From Macrostomum hystrix (Eukaryota; Animalia; Platyhelminthes), in NCBI GenBank assembly GCA_950097015.1, contig CATNEN010000039.1, positions 6,386,001 to 6,450,000 on the forward strand: a DNA stretch of 64,000 nucleotides, written 5' to 3'. The notes beneath the pieces were generated by a model. That model ran no database searches. It worked only from the letters and a program-made list of their open reading frames with translations, and had not been told where the DNA came from. Both the position numbers and the translations under genes were made by a program. Shown one piece after another: positions 39,040 to 55,698 of this stretch (position 1 is the stretch's first letter; each line of letters begins with the position of its first letter).

Positions 39040-42000
39040 CTAAGAATCCGAAACGGCGGCAGATGGCGCAGTAGTCCTGGGTGGAGGTGTCTGACTAACT
39101 CCGAGTGGTCGATAGACTTCAGTGAGCATGAGCAGGACAGTGTCTTCCGATGCCCAGTAGCAGGCGTGGCTAGTCAGGGCAAACAGATAATCGTTCACCG
39201 CCTCGATCGGGGCCTCCTGCAGCACGTAGTCCAGCCGGCGGCCGCCATTCAAAGCGCTGTCGCAGACGTCCTCGATAGATGCGTCTGAATTGTTGTCTTC
39301 ACCGCTGTCATCTTCTGGAGCCGGCTGCTGCTGCTGCAGCTGACTGTGCGCTGCGGCGAAGCCCTGGAGGCTGGACCAGGTGGCCCGAAGTCCGCTAACC
39401 AGGCGATGCCGGATGTCGGTGCCAACCCGGGCTAGACTGTCGCGCAGCTGAAGGTGCATCCGCTTGCGACCCTTGTGGTGCGGAATCTGCACGGCAGCGA
39501 CAGCGTGATTAAATACAAACAAAGGATATTTGGCAAAGTCAGGAGCTAAACAGGGGATAATTAGTGAACAGAGAAGAGGGGATAATAAGTGAACGGAGGG
39601 ATAATTGGTAAACTGACGGGATAATTGGTAAACTGAGGGATAATAGGTAAACTGAGGGATAATAGGTAAACTGGAGGGATAATTGGTAAACTGAGGGATA
39701 ATAGGTAAACTGGAGGGATAATTGGTAAACTGGAGGGATAATTGGTAAACTGAGGGGAATAATTAGTAAACTGAGGGGAATAATTAGTTAACTGAGGGGA
39801 TATTTGGTAAACTGATGGGAATAATTAGTAAACTGATGGGGATAATTAGTAAACTGAGGGGAATAATTAGTAAACTGAGGGGAATAATTAGTAAACTGAG
39901 GGGATGTTTGGTATCTAATGTTATAACTAGGTTCATTTATAAAGTGAAGTGATATTGTGAACAATAGGGACAATTCTCGTCTGCTTACCAAAAACGGCTC
40001 AGGCGGATAGCGCGGTAACAGCGGCTCCAGTCGGTAGGCGATCGGATCGAAGGGATGAAAAATGTTGAAAAGTCCCGGCCCGTTTTCTCTCTCTTCGCCT
40101 CCGCTCACACATTCACCGCCAGCAGCAGCAGCAGCCGGGGCGGGCAGTTGATAATCAGCAGACAAGCTGGCCACTCCGCGCGAAGTTAGAAATAGAGCAA
40201 TCGGCGAGCCAATAGCGAACAGCGCCTGGGGCGCGAACTCCAGACTGGGATAGGACAGGCAGGGGAAGCAGGAGGAGGCGCCGCTGTTGTCGCCAACCAA
40301 TCGCAGCTGGCCGATGATGTAAGTGACCGAGTCAGAGGCTGCGGCTGCTGACGTCGCTGCCGACTGGATTGAACTCGGCTGTGGTACTGGCTGCTGCTGC
40401 TTTGTCTGCTCCAGCTTGGGCAGGTCTTCGACAGTGCTGGCTGCGCGCGCAGACGCGGCTAATAGCTTCTTGCGAGGCCCCAGCGGAATGCCCAACTCCT
40501 GGATTAAAAAGGTTTTTAAGGTATAGTAGCTGTAAAGGGGGTTGGGTGGCTAAACGGTTAACGCGTTCACCTCTCGCACCAAGGTCCCTAAGCTCGATTC
40601 CGCGGCGAGGCTGCATTCATTTGGAGGGCCAGCCTCCAAGGCACAGTGAGATTGTACACTGCCTGACGATGAGAGAAGTCAGGGCAGATGTACACACCTG
40701 TGTGAGCATATGCCTGCGTACAGTATCTATGTGCGTGTGTGCTCAGGAGTCAGCGAAATGGGCAGAATTGCCTCCTCGCTGGCTGCGGGCCTATTGTCAC
40801 AAATGATGTGCCATTGCCAGCAGCCCTCCTGCAATTATTATTATTAAGGTACAGTAGTGTAGGTGCTTGTGAGTAGCATTTTAACATTTAATATTGATAA
40901 ACATTTTCACACTGGTATCCTAATACGTACTTTATCAAGTTAATGATGGATTAATGAGGGGTTGGAGCTGCGGCTGTGCTGTCGGCTGCACATCTGACCC
41001 AATCGGGGCTGTAGTAATCAATTATTATTATTATTCAGTTGAGCACTTATTAGATCTACTCATAATCAGGGGACATTGCAGCTCAGTGGATAGAGCTTAG
41101 TAACTTCCTGACCGAGAGGTCGTGAGTTCTAATCGAGGCCAAGGGCAAGCTTGCTATATTTGCGTCCTTGAGCAAGACACCTGATTTGCTGGTGCTTGAG
41201 TTCAACCAGCTGTAAGATGAGCATCAGCATCGGCTGTACTTTTATTATTTTTTATCTGTCAGTATTCAGGTAACCGAAAAAATCTAACCTTTAACTCCGC
41301 ATCGGTCAGCGCGCTGAGCAGCCGCACGCTATCGATGCCGCCGTCTGTTAGCTTCTGACGGACATTCGCCGACTCGCCCAGTCCAGCCAGTCGCAGATAA
41401 TTATCTAATTCGATCTTGTTAGTGTCATCTGGCGACGAGTTTGACATCGAAGACGGTGCCGCTGTGGAATTTGTCGTCGGTGATGGCGGAACGGTTGCCG
41501 GAGCCAAGCCCTGGTGAGCCAGGATGTCGAATGCGATGACGGAGCCTAGCGAATGGCCAACCAATGAGAAGCGACCCGTGTAGGAGGGATTTCTGGACAG
41601 GAATAGGCGCCTCAGCCGGTTGATCTGAAATATATCTAAATTCTATGATTGAAATATTTTTTAAATAGGAAGAAATTTTGCGATTCTAAGGGAAAAGGGA
41701 TCTTCAAAAATTGAAGGATATTCAAACGAATCAGGGATTTGACGCAATTTAGAGGAATTGACGCAATCTATGAGATTTGACAGAATCTAAGGGATTTGAT
41801 GAAATTTAGGGGATTTGACGGAATCGAAGGGATTTGACGGAATCTAGGGGATTTGACGGAGTCTAGGGGATTTGACGGAGTCTAGAGGATTTGACGGAAT
41901 CTAGGGGATTTGACGGAATCTAGGGGATTTGACGGAATCTAGGGGATTTGACGGAGTCTAGAGGATTTGACGGAATCTAGGGGATTTGACGGAATCTAGG

Positions 42001-44105
42001 GGATTTGACAGAGTCTAGGGGATTTGACGGAGTTTATGGGATTTGACAGAATCTACGGAATCTCGGGTGGCTAAAACACAAATATAGACAAAAACTGCTC
42101 ACACAATTGCAACATGTTGGCTATTATTGTTGAGCTTATTGTATTGATTATGTTTGTTAATACACTTTTGAACCCGTAGCCCGTGGTCTCTCTATTGCTA
42201 AAAGAATCTAATGATCTAATGAATGAATGAATGATCTAATGAATGATCTAACGAAGGAATCTTGGGGAATCTAAGTATCTTGGGTAAAAATATGAAAATC
42301 ATGTCCTCGTAGCAACCCCGCCCAACACTACCGAGGAAGACTCACCTCTCGCCCAACAGTGTCCACAATAGTCTGCATGTATCTCGGACTGCTATAGAAC
42401 AGCACATCAGTGAGCGTGTCGTTAGCAAATCTTCGCAGCTTTGGTATGGACTGCAGACTGATTCTCTTTAACTGGGCATCTAGTCCTGTGGTGTGATCGC
42501 TGCGCAATGCGGAGTGCCAGTGCACCGGCAGGAACTCCACTCGGCCAGTTCGACTGGCGAAATGAGACCGAGTGAGCTCGCCAGCCAGGTACCGCATTCG
42601 GTCCACGCACTGGACCAGATTGTGACCGAGCAGGTCGTATACTGAGCCAATACCGTGCACTACAAACAGCACGTGATCCACAGGATAGCTGGAGTCAGCG
42701 TCTGGCGGCAGGCGACCCGGGAACTGCTTCATGCCTCTGCGGATGGACGGAATTAGCTCACAAAATGTGCGATTGCACACCCCACCCTGTGCGATTGCAC
42801 ACCTCACGCAGTGCAATTGCACACTCCACCTAGTGTGATTGCACAGCCTACAGACACCCCACCCTGTGCGATTGCACACCTCACGCAGTGCAATTGCACA
42901 CAACCCAGTGACAGTGTGATTGCACAGCCTACAGACACCTCACCCAGTGTGATTGCACAGCCTACAGACACCTCACCCAGTGTGATTGCACACCCTACAG
43001 ACACCTCACCCAGTGTGATTGCACACCCTACAGACACCTCACCCAGTGTGATTGCACACCCTACAGACACCTCACCCAGTGTGATTGCACACCCTACAGA
43101 CACCTCACCCAGTGTGATTGCACAGCCTACAGACACCCCACCCTGTGCGATTACACACCTCACCCTGTGCGATTGCACACTCCACCCAGTGTGATTGCAC
43201 AGCCTACAGACACCCCACCCTGTGCGATTGCACACCCCACCCAGTGACAGTGTGATTGCACAGCCTACAGACACCTCACCCAGTGTGATTGCACAGCCTA
43301 CAGACACCTCACCCAGTGTGATTGCACAGCCTACAGACACCTCACCCAGTGTGATTGCAGACTAACCTGAAAACCACCCGGTGCAATACACCGGAGCCCA
43401 AGCCGCCGCTTGCTAATCCATCGCTTTGCATCTGCATCATGACATTCGGGCTGAGGAACACAAACTGAGTTCCGTCGCCATCGCAAGCCAGGCTAAATTG
43501 TTTCCGCCATTCGCCGCTCAGTACAGTGCGCTGGTAGTGCCGCTCCAGCAACTGGCTAGCGGCTTCATCGTATGGGATGAATGTGGTGGACGCGTCCTCG
43601 CCATCTGGTCGGTAAAACCAGGTGCAGCGACGAATTTCCGACGAGGAGGAGGCCGCATCGGAGTCGGCTTCGTTGGCCCAGTAGACTGGGCGCATGACAC
43701 GGTGGGATAAATCTGCATCATACCTGCGTTAAGGTTGGAGAAGCAATCGATACATAGTTATGATCAGTTAACCCATAATGCTGCCAGTTTATCTGTCAGT
43801 TAATCTCCCACAATGCTACAAGTTTATCCCATTAGGCTGTTATTGTAAACGCACCTGCCACCATCAACAGCCACAATTTTTTCAGTCGCAGTTGTCTCAG
43901 CTTCCTCCAATAAGTTTGAGTCGTACTGAGAAAATGGCAGCCAGACTAGAAGCTTGGCGTCTACACGATGCCTGTGAAACCAATGTGGCTGCACTGGACA
44001 ATATGAGGGCAACGATGACTGAATGCTTGTTGATGATGGCAATGGAAATGAACAAGACTCTGCAGGCTTAGGCAAAGATTTATCTAGATCACTATTAGAT
44101 GACAT
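39040..44105 (-). CDS. DDHD2: DDHD-domain intracellular phospholipase A1 (SEC23IP/DDHD2-like), ~763 aa, 6 exons
   Basis: Exons 44105-43855, 43723-43367, 42736-42346, 41624-41289, 40498-39989, 39486-39040. Motifs: PHWF...WLPFSQYDS...DGGR|YD, RPVYW, RRCTWFY, DHVLFVVHGIG, RVEFLPVHWH, lipase GHSLG, SAM (ELK|ELGIPLGPRKK), and DDHD domain (FNIFHPFDPIAYRLEP, IPHHKGRKRMH, RRLDYVLQE, SHACYW). Cannot distinguish DDHD2 from SEC23IP orthology. Confidence 0.88.
39555..39905. repeat. Minisatellite, 22-25-bp unit GAGGGATAATTGGTAAACT (last DDHD intron; copy at 35680-36030)
   Basis: Degenerate tandem units. Confidence 0.9.
40537..40620 (+). mobile_element. Possible tRNA-derived SINE head
   Basis: GGTGGCTAAACGG (A-box-like) and AGCTCGATTCC (B-box-like) at tRNA spacing; no intact cloverleaf. 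Confidence 0.35.
41068..41230 (+). mobile_element. tRNA-derived SINE-like element in a DDHD intron
   Basis: A-box-like GCAGCTCAGTGG and B-box-like GAGTTCTAATC, followed by TCCTTGAGCAAGACAC...GTTCAACCAGCTGTAA, which is shared with the element at 56140. Confidence 0.6.
41735..42060. repeat. Minisatellite, 20-bp unit GGGGATTTGACGGAATCTA (DDHD intron)
   Basis: ~15 copies. Confidence 0.9.
42766..43360. repeat. Minisatellite, ~33-bp unit CCAGTGTGATTGCACAGCCTACAGACACCTCAC (DDHD intron 2)
   Basis: Starts within ~6 bp of the donor at 43366 and fills the intron. Confidence 0.93.
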
Positions 44106-45056
44106 ATCTCTAGTTTGTTGTACTGAAATTAAGAAAAATATAAGCTATCATTAAATTATAATAAGCTTGTTGTGGTTCTTGAGTTAGGGGTTCACGATCC
44201 TCATGTGGTGCCTAACAAAGATTAAAAAGGTTAAAGATCAGGTCAGGCAGTTTTACATCTTATATAGAACATTGAAGTTATAATATTGTACTTAAGATTA
44301 TAGCTATTTTTATCAGGCAATATCAGCTAGCAAACTCAAATCAAAAGGTTTCTTGTGTTGATAAACTATGCTGATAAGTTAACTAATTTAATGCACATAA
44401 TTGTTTATTTTTTTACAGCCTCTATTTAGTTTTATATACATTACAATAACTTAATAAAACAATTATCTGTTTAAAGTGTAACAATATCTATGTGAGTGGG
44501 ATCTAAAAGGTTTTTTGTCTATCAGTTAGCAAGACAAGGTGAAAATTCAAAATTCAGACACAACAGGGTTAAAATTTAGAGTAGATAGGCCTAGCTAATT
44601 AAATAATAAAAGTAAGATATAATAAAATTAATATACATGGGCATATAGGCAGAATCCTAAAAAAATTTTAGATTTTAAAATTTTCTAAAATTTTAAGTAT
44701 TATTCTTATGAAATGTCTATAGTCAGCAATGGTGAGTAGCAAGGGAATGTTTGTTGAATTGAAAATTATCGTTTGGAATGTTTGTCAAATTAAAAATTAT
44801 CCATTAGAATACTTTTCAAATCAAATATGTGCCATATGTACATGTCCTATCTTATCTTATGAGTAGAAGATAAGAAAAAAATTAAAATAATAAATAAGAA
44901 AAATAAGAAAAAAATAATTAAATAAAGTAGAAATTAGCTGTAAGAATGTTGTGAGTTCAAATAAGTATGGGGTCGAACTGGTTTGTGGCCGAAATGGCTT
45001 TTGGCCAAAATGACCAGTTACCATAAATTAGACCACATATGCGACGTAACATAGGT

Positions 45057-45474
45057 GGCTATGGTGGAGTTCCGTTTGTTATATTATTTTTCAATTTCAA
45101 AATGGTGCCAAAAGATCTCAGAGATATTATCGAGATATTATCGAGAAGTAGATTTCAGAACCACAGAGGGTAGAATGAGATCTCAGGCCAGGCTGCGACA
45201 GATGCATGGCACATCAGATGCACTATTTGAGTCACATCTGCAGGAGTACATGTGGCGCCGTCTAAACCCAGTCAATGCATTCGGCAACTTCATGTATTGG
45301 GTGTCCCACTATTATCCAACTTGATGAACAGATAAGGAACTGATGAACCTCTGATGAACTTTTCTGAGTGTCCTCGTGTTGTTTAAATGTTGCTGCGTTG
45401 GTCGTAAAACTTGTTTAACCTCGCAGTCATTTCAAATTGCAAAATAATATAATGAACGGAACTCCACCATAGCC
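45057..45474 (+). mobile_element. Non-autonomous Merlin/IS1595-type DNA transposon (internally deleted)
   Basis: ~45-bp terminal inverted repeats (GGCTATGGTGGAGTTCCGTT... and ...AACGGAACTCCACCATAGCC). 8-bp flanking duplication ACATAGGT / ACATAGGC (7/8 match). The internal ORF remnant GTSDALFESHLQEYMWRR resembles the IS1595/Merlin transposase C-terminus. Confidence 0.8.
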
Positions 45475-47731
45475 ACATAGGCCTATATGCCTGAAAATTT
45501 GGGAATGCATTATTGTTGCCTGCTCAATCTGGTATGCATATTTAGTGTGCACTTGCCTTACAAGTGTATGACTATATCATACAGATGCACGAAGCCGTCC
45601 AGTATTATTTATTATATAAATACTGCATTTTAAAGAAACTTGAAAATATTAAATAAACTACTGCTACTGAGTATAAGGAATGTATCCTACATAGCTACAT
45701 GATATTAAACATATAAAAACTTATTTTATGTTCGCTTAGTCAGTTCTTTTAATTGATAATATATAGACTATAAATTATGCTGGCACCTGGCATTAGCTTA
45801 GCTAAGGCTGCTAAGCTAGCTGCTAGCCCTAGAAAGTAGAAGTAGCAAGTTCAAGTTAGCTATGTCTAGCAATGTCTGGGCCTAAATAGCTCTATTGACC
45901 ATTTTAACTGCAAGGGACAGGGTAATTAATTAAAGATTAACGCAGATATTCATGGCAATGGATAATCCAAGCTACTTTTATTCTTTCATTCTCACAAAAC
46001 TATTTTGCTTTAGTTAGAATAGCAATTCACTACAATGAAAACACGGGCCCAGTTGAGCCGCAGAAAAAAAGAAACGTGACAACTCTCAATATAAACTTAA
46101 TTATAAGGAGGATACACATAGGATACATTTATTTTGGATTTACCTTAGAAAACGCTTGTTTCATATTTTCGTTCTATTAGAAAATCGGCAGCTTTGTTTA
46201 ACTTGTTGAAAATATACGTACATCACTAAAATTTAAAGATAGCCGAAAAATTAAAAGGCTTCAAGCGGTAGTCGTAGTCCATAATTCGGTGAAATCTCCA
46301 TAGCTATGTAAAAAAAAGTTCGAATATTTCAAAATTTCATAGCTTTGTTTATTTCTCCAGCAATGAATCGCTAACATTTTTATATTAATGTAATTCAGAT
46401 ATACAAGTATCAACAAAGGGCAGCCAAAATATAATTATTTGCCGTCCTTTTCATCATGCCGTGAACATCATTAGCCTAAAGATAACTTTATTAGACGCCT
46501 AGTAATAAGAGTATATCAGGACCAATTTTGTTAAATTATTTTTTTGGCTAGCCAGCACTTGACGGCAACAATCTGGCCTGAGAAAAGTATAAATATATGT
46601 GCAGGTCCTGTCAAATTATTGTTTGACAAATACATCAAAAATACATCATATATGATCTGGATACGCATATATGACACTACCCACTCCGAGCACCAGTTCA
46701 CTGGGAGACATACTTTGATCTCCGTCCGTTGCAGCTTATTTTAGACGGCAATTTCTCAGAAGTACATGAGCCCGTTAAGCATGCAGGCACTGATTCGAAT
46801 TAGTTATTTGAATTGAAATAGGTTCGAATGTAAGCTGGATCGTCGGTCACCGTGGTGTGCTCCATTGGTGCGCCAATGATCCAATGGTGCGCTCCATTAA
46901 GACAGCAGAAATTACAAGTACATAGCTTGACATTGGTATTGCAAGCTAGATATGTGGGATGAATAGAGCAGTGGATGAAGTGGGATAAATACAAGAGGTG
47001 TGATGAATAAGAGTTATGAGATTAACAAGGATAAATATGAGATAAATGAGATAATGAGATAAAAACCGACAGTGGAATAAATAGGAGATGTGGGACATAA
47101 AAACTATTTAGCAATAAGCAAAGTTAGGAAATTAGGCAAAGCCTTTGTTCTAACTATGGCGTTCATATGCTTTGCTTAAATACTTTGATTACAAGAAACT
47201 CTTGCACTGGCATCAGAAAGTGGCTCAAACAAAATATACGTGAGCTCGAGAGTAAATAAATTGCTTGTTTATTTCAAATCGGACTGGCTAAGGCTGAAAA
47301 ACGTATCTTATATTAGATATATACAGGGAAAGCATCGACTGGGATAGTCAACTAAAAAAGTTGATTTAGGCGAGCCGGATTAACAAAATGTAAACAAAAA
47401 GGGCGCCAATTCAAATGCAGATTTGGTCCGGGCAGGAGCTGTGGACAGAGCGGAAGTTAGGTAGCATAGTGAAAGTGGCTTTGCGGGCATACAACAAAGC
47501 AATAATCAAGAGCAAATGAGTGCCAACCTACTCGTTTAGCCAAGAGAAGTCTGAAACAGAAAAACTAGCCGAAATACGAGTACAAAGTGCAGTTTGCAGC
47601 TTAAATAAATCTTTTTGATAAGTAAACTTCCTACTTAGTACAAACAGCAGCTGAGTGGCAGTTTTAAATAAACTGCTATTTAGGAGAAGAACTGACGACT
47701 GAGGTTTGCGAAATTCAAGACCTAGCAGTGT

Positions 47732-52682
<4,951 letters not shown>

Positions 52683-52912
52683 CTATGAATGCAACTATGC
52701 AAGTCAATAAACAATAACGAAAGCTTAAAAAAGAGAAATATGTGCTCAGTTTGTAATAGAGTTAGATAGAAACAAGAAGGACCAAATAATTTATTTGACG
52801 AAGACACAAGCCTTTATAGTTTACGAAACAGACTTTATAGTATGGGCACAAAATTTCTGAATTTCAAAAGCACATAGTGGCTACTCACTGAACTCAATTT
52901 CCTGGAAAAAGG

Positions 52913-52932
52913 GGAAATTTCTCGAAAATTCC
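52913..52932. promoter_or_regulatory. Perfect 4-unit heat shock element (nGAAnnTTCnnGAAnnTTCn) upstream of the HSP110 gene
   Basis: gGAAatTTCtcGAAaaTTCc at 52913-52932, ~260 bp upstream of the HSP110 ATG. Minus-strand TATAAA motifs at ~52834-52839 and ~52813-52818 lie between the HSE and the ATG. Confidence 0.8.
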
Positions 52933-54057
52933 AAAATTATACTTTCGTTATTAACGAGCAAAAATCAACATCCATTCTAAATTATAAAATTGTTTCTGTG
53001 CTTTCACCTATCACTTCTTGGTAGGTTGATGTTATTATTGAAGAAGGTCTGAAAAAGCCTCGTATTGTATTGAAAGCCTCGATATCGTGGAAATTATTAA
53101 ATGACGCCATTTTATTTTTATTAGATTACATAAATAAGTTAGTTCTATTGCAGACAGAGTTTTTGTAGCAAGCCGTGAAAAGTGTAATCGGAAGAAACCG
53201 AATGTTGCACAGTAAATTACGTATACAAATCGACCAAATCCGTTGTTAACAATGCTGCCACAATATCGAGTTAAAATGAAAGCCCAATTAAAGTAAGCCC
53301 CCTAAGTAAAAAACTATGTTTCTCAGATGTAATATTTTAAGCTTGATTTTAAGCTAATCAAGATCGGCTGGAGTCCAACTACACAGAAAAATACATTACT
53401 CTCAACAAGTCTGCATATCGAACAAAAATGAGTGGAGTTTCAGAGACCGAACCCATTGGTATGTGTTTTGCATATTGATTGATATTCATTCAAAGAATGA
53501 AAACAAATAAATCAACACCCTTTTTGGCATGTACAGTTATTAAAAATTTATAACATTACTTTTTAGAAAGCGGAATTAGCAGATGAATAATAAATATTTC
53601 GTGTATTTTACGAGAGTATAGAAGTAGTTGTAAATACAACTAAAACAGGTTAAAATACTCGTAGTAGTTCAATTCACGCATGGCTATACTACGAGCATAA
53701 ATGGCAAGAATTGCAAGATAATGTACATAGAATATCTCAGGATAGCTAGTAGGCTTCAGGTGACCTCACATAAGCTATATTGGAATATAATTACATAAGT
53801 GCTTAAAGTTTAGTAACTTGTCTAAAATACAGCAGTGGTTTTAGCAGACAAACAAAACAAAAAATAATACTTGTCACCAATAGACTAAAAGTAAAAAATA
53901 ATACTATGTTTGTTGTAGGACATGGGTCGACATAAAAACTCAAAGTTTGATTAACTACAGTCCCTTATCTCGGTGAATATATATTAAAGTAAAATGATAC
54001 AGTGATTAATATAATCACTTTAATCTTTAACCAATACTTTTTCAAATCATACATTTC

Positions 54058-54540
54058 CCAGACCTGAATTTTCCCAAGCTATCCCTGTTGAATTTGAATT
54101 TTCCCAAGCTATCCCTGTTGACCTAGAATTTTCCCAGCTATCCCTGTTGACCTTGAATTTTCCCAAGCTATCCCTGTTGACCTAGAATTTTCCCAGCTGT
54201 CCCTATTGACCTTGAATTTTCCCAGCTATCCCTCTTGACCTTGAATTTTCCCAAGCTATCCCTGTTGACCTTGAATTTTCCCAAGCTATCCCTGTTGACC
54301 TAGAATTTTCCCAGCTGTCCCTATTGACCTTGAATTTTCCCAAGCTATCCCTATTGACCTTGAATTTTCTCAAGCTATCCCTGTTGACCTTAACTTTTCC
54401 CAGACAATCCTATGACCTTGAGCTTTCCCGGGCTTATCCCTTTGACCTTAAATTTTCCCATAGTATCCACGTTGAGGTCGAACTTTTCCAGGCTATACCC
54501 GTCAACCAAGGCTTTTCCAAATTATCCCTGTTGACCTTGA
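54058..54540. repeat. Minisatellite, 30-31-bp unit GACCTTGAATTTTCCCAAGCTATCCCTGTT
   Basis: Intergenic between PHKG and HSP110; decays towards 54540. Confidence 0.9.
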
Positions 54541-54905
54541 CTTAGTTTAGACTATTCCAATTGACATTGAATATTTAATGATCGGTTCTCTATTTGCCTT
54601 CCTTGACAGACAACAAACCAGCAACTCATGTGGCAATCCGCAGGTTAATTCACGAACTATACTATGGGGTTAATTAAAACAGTTATAGCAGTTATAGCAA
54701 GAATATAATTTAAGCACCGCACACAAATGTGATGTAAACTGTTATAAAGATCAACCGTCACACTACGAGCTAAATATTAGGTCTTGATAAACACCTCGAG
54801 AAAATATCTTGTATAAAAAGTAGCAAGGCATCCATCAGCAACATCCGGTCCAGTTTGTATTGACGAAAGCCCTGTTACAAGAGATTAAAAGTCTGGACAA
54901 GTCTG

Positions 54906-55690
54906 ATCGGGATCAAGGATCGGGATCAAGGATCGGGATCAAGGATCGGGATCAAGGATCGGGATCAAGGATCGGGATCAAGGATCGGGATCAAGGATCG
55001 GGATCAAGGATCGGGATCAAGGATCGGGATCAAGGATCGGGATCAAGGATCGGGATCAAGGATCGGGATCAAGGATCGGGATCAAGGATCGGGATCAAGG
55101 ATCGGGATCAAGGATCGGGATCAAGGATCGGGATCAAGGATCGGGATCAAGGATCGGGATCAAGGATCGGGATCAAGGATCGGGATCAAGGATCGGGATC
55201 AAGGATCGGGATCAAGGATCGGGATCAAGGATCGGGATCAAGGATCGGGATCAAGGATCGGGATCAAGGATCGGGATCAAGGATCGGGATCAAGGATCGG
55301 GATCAAGGATCGGGATCAAGGATCGGGATCAAGGATCGGGATCAAGGATCGGGATCAAGGATCGGGATCAAGGATCGGGATCAAGGATCGGGATCAAGGA
55401 TCGGGATCAAGGATCGGGATCAAGGATCGGGATCAAGGATCGGGATCAAGGATCGGGATCAAGGATCGGGATCAAGGATCGGGATCAAGGATCGGGATCA
55501 AGGATCGGGATCAAGGATCGGGATCAAGGATCGGGATCAAGGATCGGGATCAAGGATCGGGATCAAGGATCGGGATCAAGGATCGGGATCAAGGATCGGG
55601 ATCAAGGATCGGGATCAAGGATCGGGATCAAGGATCGGGATCAAGGATCGGGATCAAGGATCGGGATCAAGGATCGGGATCATGGATCGT
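54906..55690. repeat. Perfect 13-bp tandem repeat (GATCGGGATCAAG)n just 3' of the PHKG stop
   Basis: ~60 invariant copies. Confidence 0.97.
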
Positions 55691-55698
55691 GGAAACCA

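Larger units (their letters stand above)
32257..39997. repeat. Near-identical direct tandem segmental duplication, ~3.87-kb unit
   Basis: 32257-36123 matches 36130-39997 (offset 3873, then 3874 after a 1-nt A insertion near 36985). Minisatellite variant patterns and supplied ORFs are duplicated (34119/37993, 35166/39040, 33044/36917). Junction sequence is TCACAC at 36124-36129. Confidence 0.95.

Noticed and set aside
41068-41140. tRNA gene (also 56135 and 40537)
   Set aside because: A/B boxes are present but there is no intact cloverleaf; two of the three are followed by a shared SINE-like body.
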